A stretch of DNA of 64,000 nucleotides, from contig CAWKHF010000007.1 of NCBI GenBank assembly GCA_963849325.1, positions 320,001-384,000 of the forward strand. Reading direction: 5' to 3'. Below the pieces are notes generated by a model. The model was given only the letters and a program-made list of their open reading frames with translations, was not told the DNA's origin and made no database searches. Within the stretch, counting starts at the first letter, position 1; every line of letters starts with the position of its first letter. Made by a program: the position numbers and the translations under genes. This DNA is from an uncultured Planctomycetota bacterium (GTDB lineage Bacteria; Planctomycetota; Planctomycetia; Gemmatales; Gemmataceae). Positions 42,241 through 51,864 of the stretch are shown here, in pieces.

Positions 42241-43191
42241 ATGTCCGTGCGTAATTCCCTTCGGTTGTTCATCCTCCCGCTTCTCCTCGGCATGGCGCCG
42301 GCCTCGCTGACGGCCGCCGACGAGACGACGAAGCCGATCCCCGGCGTGGGGCCGACCGGGGCGGTCGTCAAGCTGCATACCGGGTTCAAATTCACCGAAG
42401 GCCCCGCCGCCGACCGCGAGGGCAACGTCTACTTCAGCGACATCCCCAATCAGCGCATCCACAAGGTCGATGCCGCGGGCAAGCTGTCGGTCTTCCGCGA
42501 GGAGTCCAAGCACGCCAACGGCCTGATGCTTAATTCCAAGGGTGAAATCGTCGCCTGCGAGATGGACGGCCAGATCGTCGCCTACGGCGCCGACGGCAAG
42601 TCGCGCCGCGTCCTGGCCGACAAGTACGACGGCAAGCGCTTCAACGCGCCCAACGATTTGGTGATCGATAAGCACGATGGTGTCTACTTCACGGACCCGG
42701 CCTTCGGAGCGCCGATGCCGCTGCCACAAGGAAAGACCGCCGTTTACTACGTCGCGGCGGACGGCAAGGTGACACGCCTGATCGACAACCTGAACAATCC
42801 CAACGGTGTCATTCTTTCGCCGGACGAAAAGACGCTGTACGTCATCCCCACGGGGCAGGCCGAGATGATGGCATACGCCATCGAAGCACCGGGCAAGATC
42901 GGCAAGGGCAAGGTCTTCTGCACGCTCAAGCAGAGCCGAGCGAACGGCAAGTCCGGCGGGGATGGTCTGACGGTGGATACCAAGGGCAATCTCTACATTA
43001 CCTCGGGATTGGGCCTGCAAGTGTTCAATCCGTCCGGCGATCTGCTGGGCATCATCGCCCTACCGGAGCAACCGGCCAACGTCACCTTCGGCGGCAAGGA
43101 TCTCAAGACGCTGTACGTGACGGCAAGGACGTCGCTGTACACCGTGCCGATGGAAGCGACCGGACACCTCTTCGCCTCACCGGGCAAGTGA
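42241..43191 (+). CDS. SMP-30/gluconolactonase family protein, secreted
   Basis: FTEGP, FNAPND, PNGVILSPDE, DGLTVD..GN, NVTFGG. Confidence 0.92.
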   Translation: MSVRNSLRLFILPLLLGMAPASLTAADETTKPIPGVGPTGAVVKLHTGFKFTEGPAADREGNVYFSDIPNQRIHKVDAAGKLSVFREESKHANGLMLNSKGEIVACEMDGQIVAYGADGKSRRVLADKYDGKRFNAPNDLVIDKHDGVYFTDPAFGAPMPLPQGKTAVYYVAADGKVTRLIDNLNNPNGVILSPDEKTLYVIPTGQAEMMAYAIEAPGKIGKGKVFCTLKQSRANGKSGGDGLTVDTKGNLYITSGLGLQVFNPSGDLLGIIALPEQPANVTFGGKDLKTLYVTARTSLYTVPMEATGHLFASPGK

Positions 43192-43208
43192 CGAAGGGAG
43201 AAGTTGTC

Positions 43209-44838
43209 ATGCGAAAGATGTTGCTGCCGGCGCTGGTCGGCCTGCTTCTGCTCCCGGCCAGCCTGGCGCGGGCCGACAATCCCCGAACCGTCATCGAGAA
43301 GGCCATCAAGGCCCACGGCGGCGCGGAGAAACTGTCCAGGCTCAAGGCCGTCCGGTCGAAGGCCAAGGGCACGATCGACGCGAAGGCCAAGGGTACGATC
43401 GACCTGGGCGCCGACACGCCTTTCACGCTGGAGACGGTTTGGAGTTGGCCCGACAAACTGAAAAACACCATAACGTTGGAAGCGGGCAAGCGAAAGTACA
43501 CGCGCGTGGAGACGGTGGCCGGCGACGACAGCTGGGTCCGCGAGGACGGCAAGACGGTGCCCATGTCGGCGGCGAAGCGCGACGAGCTGCGCGCCCAGGC
43601 TCACCTGCACAGTTTGCTGCGGTTGACGCCCTTGTTGCGCGATCCCCGTTATAAACTGTCGGCGTTGGCGGAGACGCAGATCGACGGCGGGCTGGCGGCC
43701 GGCGTTCGCGTCGCCTGTCCCGGCGAACGCGACGTCAGCCTCTACTTCGACGTCGAAACGGGACGGCTGGTCAAGCTCGCCCTCCGCCGCTACGACGATC
43801 TAACAAGAAAAGAGGTCTTGCAAGAAGAATATTTCCGCGCGTACGAGGACCGGGATGGTCTGCCGACGGCGACAAAGCAGATCTGGCACCGCGACGGCAA
43901 AAAAGAAGTGGAGATGACCTTTTCCGAGGTCCGTTATCCCCAACGCATCGACGCCGACGAGTTCGCCGATCCCCGGTCGTTCACGCGCCGCCGCGACGTG
44001 ATTTACGGCTACAAAAACGGCGTCGCCCTGACGATGGACGTGTTTGCGCCGCACAAGGACGCCAACGGCGTGGCCATCATCGCCATCGTCAGCGGCGGCT
44101 GGCACTCGGACCCATTGTCGATCGACTCGCACTGGGCGGAGACGATGACCGGCGAGCTGCTGAAGCGCGGCTACACCGTGTTCGCCGTCTGCCACGGTAG
44201 CCAGCCGCTTTTCACCATCCCCGACGCCATCGCCGACGTCAATCGGGCTGCGCGTTTCATCCGTCGTCATGCCCACGACTATGCCATCGACCCCTATCGT
44301 CTCGGCGTCACCGGCGGCTCGGCCGGCGGCCATCTGTCGCTGATGCTCGGCGTCGCCGGCGACAAGGGGGATGCACGCTCGCTGGACCCCGTCGGCGCAC
44401 ACCTCCAGCCGAGTGCAAGCGGTGGCTTGTTTCTATCCGCCGACGGACTTTCTCAATTACGGCGGCGCCGCCCGGAACGCCTTCGACGACAAGGGCGTGC
44501 TCGCCGGCTTCCGCACGGCCATAGACGTCCGCGAGTTCGATCCGCGCAGCAAGCGCCTCGAACATCTCACCGACAAGGACAAGATCGAGGCGCTGTACCG
44601 GCGCGTGTCGCCGATCACGCACGTCAGCGGCGACGATCCGCCGACGCTGATCGTCCACGGCGACGCCGACAAGCTGGTGCCCATCGGGCAGGCCGAGGCG
44701 ATGGTGGCGAAGCTGAAGAAAGAAGGCGTGCCCGCGGAGTTGATCGTCAAGAAGGGGGCCGGTCACGGTTGGCCCGGCATGGGGCGCGACATGATCGCGG
44801 TGGCCGACTGGTTCGATAAGTATCTGCGGAAGAAGTAG
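43209..44838 (+). CDS. Fusion of a LolA-like N-terminal domain and an alpha/beta-hydrolase (esterase), frameshift near 44398
   Basis: Signal peptide; [46 protein letters not shown]. Confidence 0.8.
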
Positions 44839-44863
44839 ACAGGACGACGGCACGGGAGCGTCC

Positions 44864-45352
44864 ATGATTCTCGTTCTGATGGGCGTATCGGGTTCGGGCA
44901 AGACGACCATTGGCCGAGTGCTGGCCGGCAAGCTGGGCTGGACCTTCGTCGACGCCGACGACTATCATCCCGCAGCCAACGTCGAGAAGATGCATCGCGG
45001 GATACCCCTCAACGACGACGACCGCCGGCCCTGGCTCGACGCCCTGCGGCGGCGCATCGACGAGGCCCGCGACCGGGGCGAGAACATCGTCCTGGCCTGC
45101 TCGGCGCTGAAGCACGCCTACCAGGACTATCTCCAGCAGGAATCTCCCGAGAACGTGAAATACGTGTATCTGAGCGGCTCGGAGGAGTTGATTCGCCGCA
45201 GACTGGCCGCTCGCAAGGGCCACTTCATGGACCCCGGCCTGCTGCACAGTCAGTTCGAGACGCTGGAACCGCCCGACCACGCCGTGCAAATCGATGTCAC
45301 TCCGACTCCCGAAGTCATCGCCGACGACATCCGGAGCAAGCTCGGCGTGTGA
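44864..45352 (+). CDS. gntK: Gluconokinase
   Basis: [41 protein letters not shown]. Confidence 0.93.
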   Translation: MILVLMGVSGSGKTTIGRVLAGKLGWTFVDADDYHPAANVEKMHRGIPLNDDDRRPWLDALRRRIDEARDRGENIVLACSALKHAYQDYLQQESPENVKYVYLSGSEELIRRRLAARKGHFMDPGLLHSQFETLEPPDHAVQIDVTPTPEVIADDIRSKLGV

Positions 45353-45358
45353 TCCAAT

Positions 45359-45457
45359 AGCCCCTTTCCCCCGCTTCGGGGGAGAGGGGTTGGGGTGAGG
45401 GGGTGGACATCTCCCCCTCACCCCAACCCCTCTCCCCCGAATCGGGGGAGAGGGGCT
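45359..45457. repeat. REP doublet (CCCCTCACCCCAACCCCTCTCCCC type)
   Basis: Two inverted copies, each with an internal CCCCT.TCCCC..GGGGAGAGGGG hairpin, between convergent genes. Confidence 0.85.
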
Positions 45458-45471
45458 TTAGCAGCAGACCC

Positions 45472-46887
45472 TCAGCCGCGCTCGGCCTCGCGGCGCATCA
45501 ACCGCCACAGCTCCTCGACGTGCTCGCGCTCCGTCGTCTCGGAACCAACCGAGACGCGCACCATCCAGCGGCCGGCCAGCGTCGCGGGAGTGAGGTAGGC
45601 GGCGCCGGAGTTGTTGAGACGTTCGACCCAGGCCCGCGTGTGTCGGTCGAGGGCGTCGCCCTCCTGTCCGGGCGGCTCGTGCCGCACGCAGACGGTTTGC
45701 AGCGGCACGGGTGCCAGTACGCGCCAGTGCGGGGCGACGCGCATCTGCTCGGCCAGCCACTGCGCGTTGGCGATGTCGCGGCGGAGACGAGCTTGCAGGG
45801 CCGCAATCCCCTCGACGCGAAGCAGACACCACAACTTCAAGGCGCGGAAGCGACGTCCCAGCGGGATACCCCAGTCGCGCAGGTTGTGGACCCGGCCGTC
45901 CGCCTCGGATTGCAGGTAACTCGGCTGCGTGGACATCACCCGCACGAGATGGCCCGGATCGCGGACATAGTACAGCGAGCAGTCGAAGGGCACTCCCAGC
46001 CACTTGTGAGCGTTGAGCACCAACGAGTCCGCCGCCTCGACACCCTGCCACATCCAGCGACACTCCGGCAGGATCATGGCCGAGCCGGCCATCGCCGCGT
46101 CCACGTGCAACCAGAGTCCGTATCGACGGGCGATCTCGGCGACGGCGCCCACCGGGTCAAGGGCGGTGGTGGCTGTCGTGCCGGTGGTGGCGACGACGGC
46201 GCACGGCCTTGTCCCCGCGTCGAGGTCGCGCCGGATGGACGCCTCCAGGGCGTCCGGGCGCAGCGCGTACGCCTCGTCGTGAGCGATGGTACGCACGTTC
46301 GTTCGGCCGAAGCCGGCCAGCAGCGCCGCCTTCTCGACCGAGCTGTGACTGTGGCCCGAAACGTAAACAATCAGGGGACGCTCCTCGGCTTGTAGGCCGC
46401 CGCGTCCCAGGCTGAAGTCGCTGGTCCGCTCGCGGGCGCACAGCAGGGCGACCAGCGTACTCGTGGAGGCGGTGTCCTGGATCACGCCGCTCCAGGCGTC
46501 CGACAGACCCACCAGCTGCCGCAACCAGTCGGCGACGACCTCTTCCAGCTCCGTCAGCGCCGGGCTGGCCTGCCAGGAAAGCCCGAGCACACCCAGGCCG
46601 GTGCTGAGGAAATCGCCCAGCACCCCGGCAAGGCCGGCGTTGGCGGGAAAGTAGCCGAAGAAGTGCGGGTGCTGCCAGTGGGTCAGTCCGGGCAGAAGAA
46701 TGTGCTCCACATCGCGGAAAAGGGCGTCGAAGCCTTCGGGCTGCTCGGGCGGCGCGGCGGGCAACCGATCCTTGATCGCGCCCGGCTCGGTCCTCGCCAT
46801 CACCGGCAGATGGGCGACGTGTGCCCGATAATCGGCGATCCAATCGATGAGCTGATGTCCAACCAGGCGAAATTCATCGGGGGTCAT
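45472..46887 (-). CDS. PLP-dependent aromatic-L-amino-acid decarboxylase family protein
   Basis: THWQHP.FFGYFP, SPALTELE, HSSVEKA, HVDAAMAG, NAHKW, GRRFRALKLW. Confidence 0.93.
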   Translation of the reverse strand: MTPDEFRLVGHQLIDWIADYRAHVAHLPVMARTEPGAIKDRLPAAPPEQPEGFDALFRDVEHILLPGLTHWQHPHFFGYFPANAGLAGVLGDFLSTGLGVLGLSWQASPALTELEEVVADWLRQLVGLSDAWSGVIQDTASTSTLVALLCARERTSDFSLGRGGLQAEERPLIVYVSGHSHSSVEKAALLAGFGRTNVRTIAHDEAYALRPDALEASIRRDLDAGTRPCAVVATTGTTATTALDPVGAVAEIARRYGLWLHVDAAMAGSAMILPECRWMWQGVEAADSLVLNAHKWLGVPFDCSLYYVRDPGHLVRVMSTQPSYLQSEADGRVHNLRDWGIPLGRRFRALKLWCLLRVEGIAALQARLRRDIANAQWLAEQMRVAPHWRVLAPVPLQTVCVRHEPPGQEGDALDRHTRAWVERLNNSGAAYLTPATLAGRWMVRVSVGSETTEREHVEELWRLMRREAERG

Positions 46888-46956
46888 ACCGTCCTCGGCA
46901 ACGGGAGATCGAACCGCGAAGTCAATTTACTTGCCTGGCCGGCACCAGCCCAGGGA

Positions 46957-46972
46957 TGGCATTTCTTTTGCA
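46957..46972 (+). promoter_or_regulatory. Candidate sigma-54 promoter
   Basis: TGGCATTTCTTTTGCA, GG-N10-GC, about 47 nt upstream of 47020. Confidence 0.5.
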
Positions 46973-47019
46973 CATTTGCACAGCAAGACATTCTCAACCA
47001 GCCGTGCGCGGAGGAGACG

Positions 47020-47724
47020 ATGGCCGACCAGCACTCCCGCCGGGTCGTGGCGGACGAAATCGACAGTGGAGAGCAAGTCGTCCAGGTGACGGCGGGGCGC
47101 GTCACCCTGGAGGGCAACTTAGGCGTTCCCAAGAAGGCGCGCGGTGTCGTGCTGTTCGCTCACGGCAGCGGCAGCAGCCGGCACAGCTCGCGCAATCGCT
47201 TCGTGGCCCAAGTGCTCCGTCAGGCCGGCCTCGCAACATTGTTGATCGACTTGCTCACAGCCGACGAGGAAGCCGTCGATGTCCGGACGGCGCACCTCCG
47301 CTTCGACATCGCCATGCTCGCCGAGCGGTTGGTGGGCGCCACCGATTGGCTGACCCGCAACCCGGAGACAGCGAGTGCTCCCGTCGGCTACTTCGGCGCC
47401 AGCACCGGCGGCGGCGCGGCGCTGGTGGCGGCGGCGCAACGGCCGGACGTCGTCGCCGCCGTCGTCTCACGTGGCGGCCGTCCGGACCTGGCCGGCGCCG
47501 CCCTGCCGCGCGTACAGGCTCCCACTCTGCTCCTCGTCGGCGGCGAGGATACTCCGGTGATCGGGCTGAATCGCCAGGCACTGGATCAGCTCGGCTCGGC
47601 CGAGAAGCAGCTGGTTATCGTCCCGGGTGCCACGCACCTCTTCGAGGAGCCGGGCGCGCTGGAAGAGGTCGCCCGCCTGGCGGCGGCCTGGTTCATCCGC
47701 CACCTGAACCGAAAGAAGGGATGA
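47020..47724 (+). CDS. Dienelactone-hydrolase-like alpha/beta-hydrolase
   Basis: GGAGGAG RBS; FAHGSGSSRHS.RN, GYFGASTG, SRGGRPDLA, GATHLFEEPG. Confidence 0.9.
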   Translation: MADQHSRRVVADEIDSGEQVVQVTAGRVTLEGNLGVPKKARGVVLFAHGSGSSRHSSRNRFVAQVLRQAGLATLLIDLLTADEEAVDVRTAHLRFDIAMLAERLVGATDWLTRNPETASAPVGYFGASTGGGAALVAAAQRPDVVAAVVSRGGRPDLAGAALPRVQAPTLLLVGGEDTPVIGLNRQALDQLGSAEKQLVIVPGATHLFEEPGALEEVARLAAAWFIRHLNRKKG

Positions 47725-47778
47725 TTTGGTGATGGAATGCCAATCATTCATCATCCATCCGAGTGAAGGGGAATAGCC

Positions 47779-48447
47779 ATGATGCTCTTCCGCGATCGAA
47801 CCGAAGCCGGCCGTATCCTGGCCTCCAAGCTGACGGCCTACGCCGACCGTCCCGACGTACTGGTCCTGGCGTTGCCGCGCGGCGGAGTGCCGGTCGCTTT
47901 CGAGGTGGCCCGAGCGCTGCACGCACCGCTGGACGTCTTCCTGGTCCGCAAGCTGGGCGTGCCCGGCCGCGAGGAACTGGCGATGGGCGCCATCGCCTCC
48001 GGCGGTGTGTGCGTCCACAACGAGGACGTGGTGAACGCCCTCGGCATCACGGAGGACACCCTCGCTGCCGTCGCCGCCGACGAGCAGCAGGAGCTTTACC
48101 GACGCGAGCACGCTTACCGTGGCGACCGACCGACCCCCGATGTGCGCGGCCGCATCGTCCTTCTGGTGGATGACGGTTTGGCCACCGGCTCGACCATGCG
48201 CGCCGCCGTGGCCGCCTTGCGCCGACAGGGACCGGCCCGCATCGTCGTCGCCGTCCCGGTCGGCTCTCCCGACACCTGCGACGAATTCCAGCACGTGGCC
48301 GATGAGGCCGTCTGCGCCCGCATGCCCGAACCGTTCCACGCGGTCGGTCTGTGGTACGACGACTTCACGCAAACGACCGATGAGGAAGTCCACGACCTTC
48401 TGCGACGGGCCGCCGACAACCGCACCCCCGTCCATCAGGAAGCGTGA
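47779..48447 (+). CDS. Phosphoribosyltransferase family protein
   Basis: [36 protein letters not shown]. Confidence 0.92.
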   Translation: MMLFRDRTEAGRILASKLTAYADRPDVLVLALPRGGVPVAFEVARALHAPLDVFLVRKLGVPGREELAMGAIASGGVCVHNEDVVNALGITEDTLAAVAADEQQELYRREHAYRGDRPTPDVRGRIVLLVDDGLATGSTMRAAVAALRRQGPARIVVAVPVGSPDTCDEFQHVADEAVCARMPEPFHAVGLWYDDFTQTTDEEVHDLLRRAADNRTPVHQEA

Positions 48448-48544
48448 GGGCGCATGCGGCTTGGCTGCGCCGATGCGGCCGTCGTGAGCTAAACTTCTTG
48501 CGGCAGCGTGGCCGTTCCCGTCCGACTCTCGGGAGACTCCCGCG

Positions 48545-49729
48545 ATGGCTTCGAGGATCTCGCAGCAACTCCTTGCGAACATTGGTCCCTACGAGGTCGT
48601 GGAACTGTTGGGCGCCGGCGGCATGAGCCGCATTTACAAGGCCCGCCATCCCAGCAGCGGCGAAATCGTGGCCATCAAGGTGCCCCAGGAGAGACTGATC
48701 GAGAACGCCGTCTTCCTCAAGCGTTTCGAGCAGGAGTTCAGCATCGCCCGCCTGCTGGAACACCCGCATTTCGTCCGCGTCTTGCAGTTCGGCTACGACG
48801 AGAGTAAGCCCTACATCGTCATGGAGTTCGTCGAGGGGCGGAGCCTGGGCGCGCGCATCCAGCAGGACGGCGCGGTGCCGGAGGCGGAGTCCGTGCGCAT
48901 CATTACCCAGGTAGCCTCGGCGCTGCACGCGGCCCACCAGCGCAAGATCATCCACCGCGACGTCAAGCCGGACAATGTTTTACTCGCCACGAGCGGACAG
49001 GCCAAGCTGACCGACCTGGGGTTGGCCAAGGACGTGGAGGCGGACCACAACCTGACGCGGCCGCTGCGCGGCATGGGCACACCGAACTACATCGCTCCCG
49101 AACAGTTCAACGACGCCAAGCACGCCGACGCCCGCTGCGACGTCTACGCCCTGGCGGCCACGCTGTACACGGCCGTGACGGGACAGCCGCCGTTCCAGGC
49201 TCGCGGCAACCTGAGCATCCTCAAGAAGAAGCTCCGTAACGACCTCATCCCGCCGCGCTGCTTGGCTCCGGACCTGAGCGAGCCGGTCGAGCGGACCATT
49301 TGCCAGGCGCTGTCCGCTGACCCGAACGCTCGGCCGGCGACGTGCCGGCAGTTCATCCACGAACTGCGCGGCCGATCCCTGCCGCCCGTTCGTCCCGCGA
49401 CGCCCGTCGCTCGGCGTCCGGTCGCCGACCGCCGCGTCTCCGTGCGCTACCTGTCGCAGGTGAAGGGAGCCTGCCGCCCGCTGACCGCGGAGAAGAAATG
49501 GCGCTGGACGGCAACGATTCGAGACATTTCGACCGGCGGCATCGCCCTGCTTGTCAACCGGCGCTTCGAGCCGGGCACCGTGCTGCGTCTGAAGCTGCCC
49601 GGCTCCTCTTCGCGGCGGCTGTTCCTGGCGCGCGTGATCCACGTCCAGCCGCATTCGTCGCGGACCTGGCTTGTCGGCTGCGTTTTCCCCCGCCCTCTGA
49701 GCGAAGAGGAGATGGAAAGCTTGCTGTAA
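48545..49729 (+). CDS. Ser/Thr kinase with a C-terminal PilZ domain
   Basis: GAGGMS, HRDVKPDN, DLGLAK, GTPNYIAPEQ; PilZ motifs RRVSVR and DISTGG. Confidence 0.9.
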   Translation: MASRISQQLLANIGPYEVVELLGAGGMSRIYKARHPSSGEIVAIKVPQERLIENAVFLKRFEQEFSIARLLEHPHFVRVLQFGYDESKPYIVMEFVEGRSLGARIQQDGAVPEAESVRIITQVASALHAAHQRKIIHRDVKPDNVLLATSGQAKLTDLGLAKDVEADHNLTRPLRGMGTPNYIAPEQFNDAKHADARCDVYALAATLYTAVTGQPPFQARGNLSILKKKLRNDLIPPRCLAPDLSEPVERTICQALSADPNARPATCRQFIHELRGRSLPPVRPATPVARRPVADRRVSVRYLSQVKGACRPLTAEKKWRWTATIRDISTGGIALLVNRRFEPGTVLRLKLPGSSSRRLFLARVIHVQPHSSRTWLVGCVFPRPLSEEEMESLL

Positions 49730-50422
49730 TGGCTCGGGTGGCCACGTGGGTCCACGGCCCGACGCCCCAACGATCCGAAACAATGGGCGCACCGGATCGG
49801 AACACGCGCTTCCCTGAGACCTCGGCCAAGTGGCAAGGTCGGAGGGTTGCCGCCGCGCAAAGGGAATGTCTGCAAGCCTTTGGGAGTGTGCGTTCACGGG
49901 CTGAGGGTGACGGTCGTTCAGCTGAAGTAGAGGTGCGCCAGCATCAGAGTTGATCTGGCCACCAGAGACTCAGAAGCAACCCTGAATGCTCTTCGGCGTT
50001 TCGGACCCAAGCGTGCAAAATCACTTCCAACCCAAAGTGACTGATGCAACATTTCCAGCGACAAATACCGTTTGCGGACTCCGCAAATTGATCGTAATCA
50101 AGATCTTCAAGGGGAAGGACAAGAATGACGAGGCCAATCGCATTCTCCGAGAACTGATCTGCCACCGCGTCCTGAACGCTAACGGCAGAACGGCGAACTC
50201 GACAATCGCATTTTTCTTCAGTCCACCTTTCTTTGCAGCCGATCTCTTAACAGAGCATGTCGCCTCCTGGAGAGGGAGGCGCGCCCCTGTTGGTTGCAAC
50301 CTCTAGTAAGCCATTGGATTACGGTTGCGGTTCAAAGAGGGCCGCCCAGCCGGTCGTGATCTCACCGGCCACGCGGGAGCAGAGGGAACCAGTCCCGAGG
50401 TTGCCCAAAGCGAGGAGCTTCC

Positions 50423-51819
50423 CTGTTCGAGCACAACACCCACTTTCTGCTCGCGATCCTCGCCGCCACTTTTCTTGGGGCGAACGCCTTGGCCCAGTCA
50501 CCAGACGATGAGGCAGACGATCCGCCGCCTCGGACAATAGACCCGTTGGTACAACCGGTGCCCGCTGCCGCGGCGGGAAACCAACCGCCCGCCCTGACGG
50601 AAACGCCCACCCCGAAGGAGAACCTGCTCCCGTTCGGTGGGCCATTTTTCGGGCGAAATAAGCTGACCGGCGATTGGAATGTCCGCCGGAATCTCCTGTT
50701 GGAGGGTGGCGTCACCCTCGACGTCAGCGCGACTCAGTATTTCCAAGGCGTCGCTAGCGGCGGGCTAGAACAAGCATTCCCATTCGGCGGCCGCGACGAC
50801 TATCTCCTCAGCCTGGACGGGGAGAGACTCGGTCTGTGGAAGGGTTTCTTCATCTACCTCAAAGGGGAATCCAGGTATGGCGAGTCGGCCAATTTCCTCA
50901 CCGGGGCCTTGTCGCCGGTGAACGAGCTTCTCCTGGTTCCCGCCGAAAAGGGATACGTCCCCGCGCTCACCGGAGTGAAGTTCGTCCAGTTCCTGTCCGA
51001 GAACATGGAAATCTTTGCCGGGAAGATCAACCTTCTCTTCGATGTCCGGCAACCACTTACCGGGGCCACCGTACTCGATGGGTTCCTGAACACGTCGCTT
51101 ATCTTCAACACGATCCTCGCCCGCACCCTCCCGTACTCGACGTTCGGGGCCGGGTTCGTTTATTTAAAGGACAAGAACCCCATTTTCATCCTCTCGGTGT
51201 ACGACACGAACAGCACGCCCACGACCAGCGGGTTCCAGAGTTTTTTCAACAATGGGGTCTTGATTTACCCGATACTCAACCTTCCGACGCGCTTCTTGGG
51301 ACTGCCCGGCCACCAGGGACTGCAAGGGACGTATAGCAGCGGCAAGTACACCAATCTCTCGCCGTCACCGTACCTCGACCCGCTCAATGGGCTGATCTTC
51401 GCATCCCCACCGAAGGCCGGAACGTGGGCTTTGTCGTACAACTTCGATCAGGCGTTGTACGTATCTCCCGACGACCCGAAGCGGCTGTGGGGGGTGTTCG
51501 GGAGCCTCGGAATCGCGGACGACAACCCGAACCCGATCCAATGGTACGCCAGCGCAGGGATCAGCGGGGCCAGCCCAATTCCAGTTCGCAAACGGGATAC
51601 GTTCGGGATCGGGTACTTTCATTTGGGGATCAGCGGCCCCTTGAAGCAGAGCGCCCAACCCTTCTCGCCTTTGGGGAACGAAGACGGCGTCGAGTTGTAC
51701 TACAACGCTCGAATCGCGCCGTGGTTCCAGATGACGCCGGATCTGCAAGTCATCAACCCATTCGAGCAGCAGGCCAGGACCGCGCTCGTCTTGGGGCTCG
51801 CGGAAAACTCGACTTCTGA
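50423..51819 (+). CDS. OprB-family carbohydrate-selective porin (probable CTG start, frameshift near 51798)
   Basis: Signal peptide FLLAILAATFLGANALA; LTGDW, RDTFGIGY, VELYYN, TPDLQVI; alternative frame ends RGKLDF-stop with a terminal Phe. Confidence 0.82.
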
Positions 51820-51864
51820 CCAGGAACCGCTCCAGGCACAAACGGGGATCAGGATGCTCCGGAT

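Noticed and set aside
47020-48447. Hydrolase plus phosphoribosyltransferase pair as a novel system
   Set aside because: This pairing, often fused, is widespread and already known
49986-50306. 106-aa ORF in the low-GC gap before the porin
   Set aside because: No recognisable motif or clear RBS; may be a gene remnant but cannot be supported
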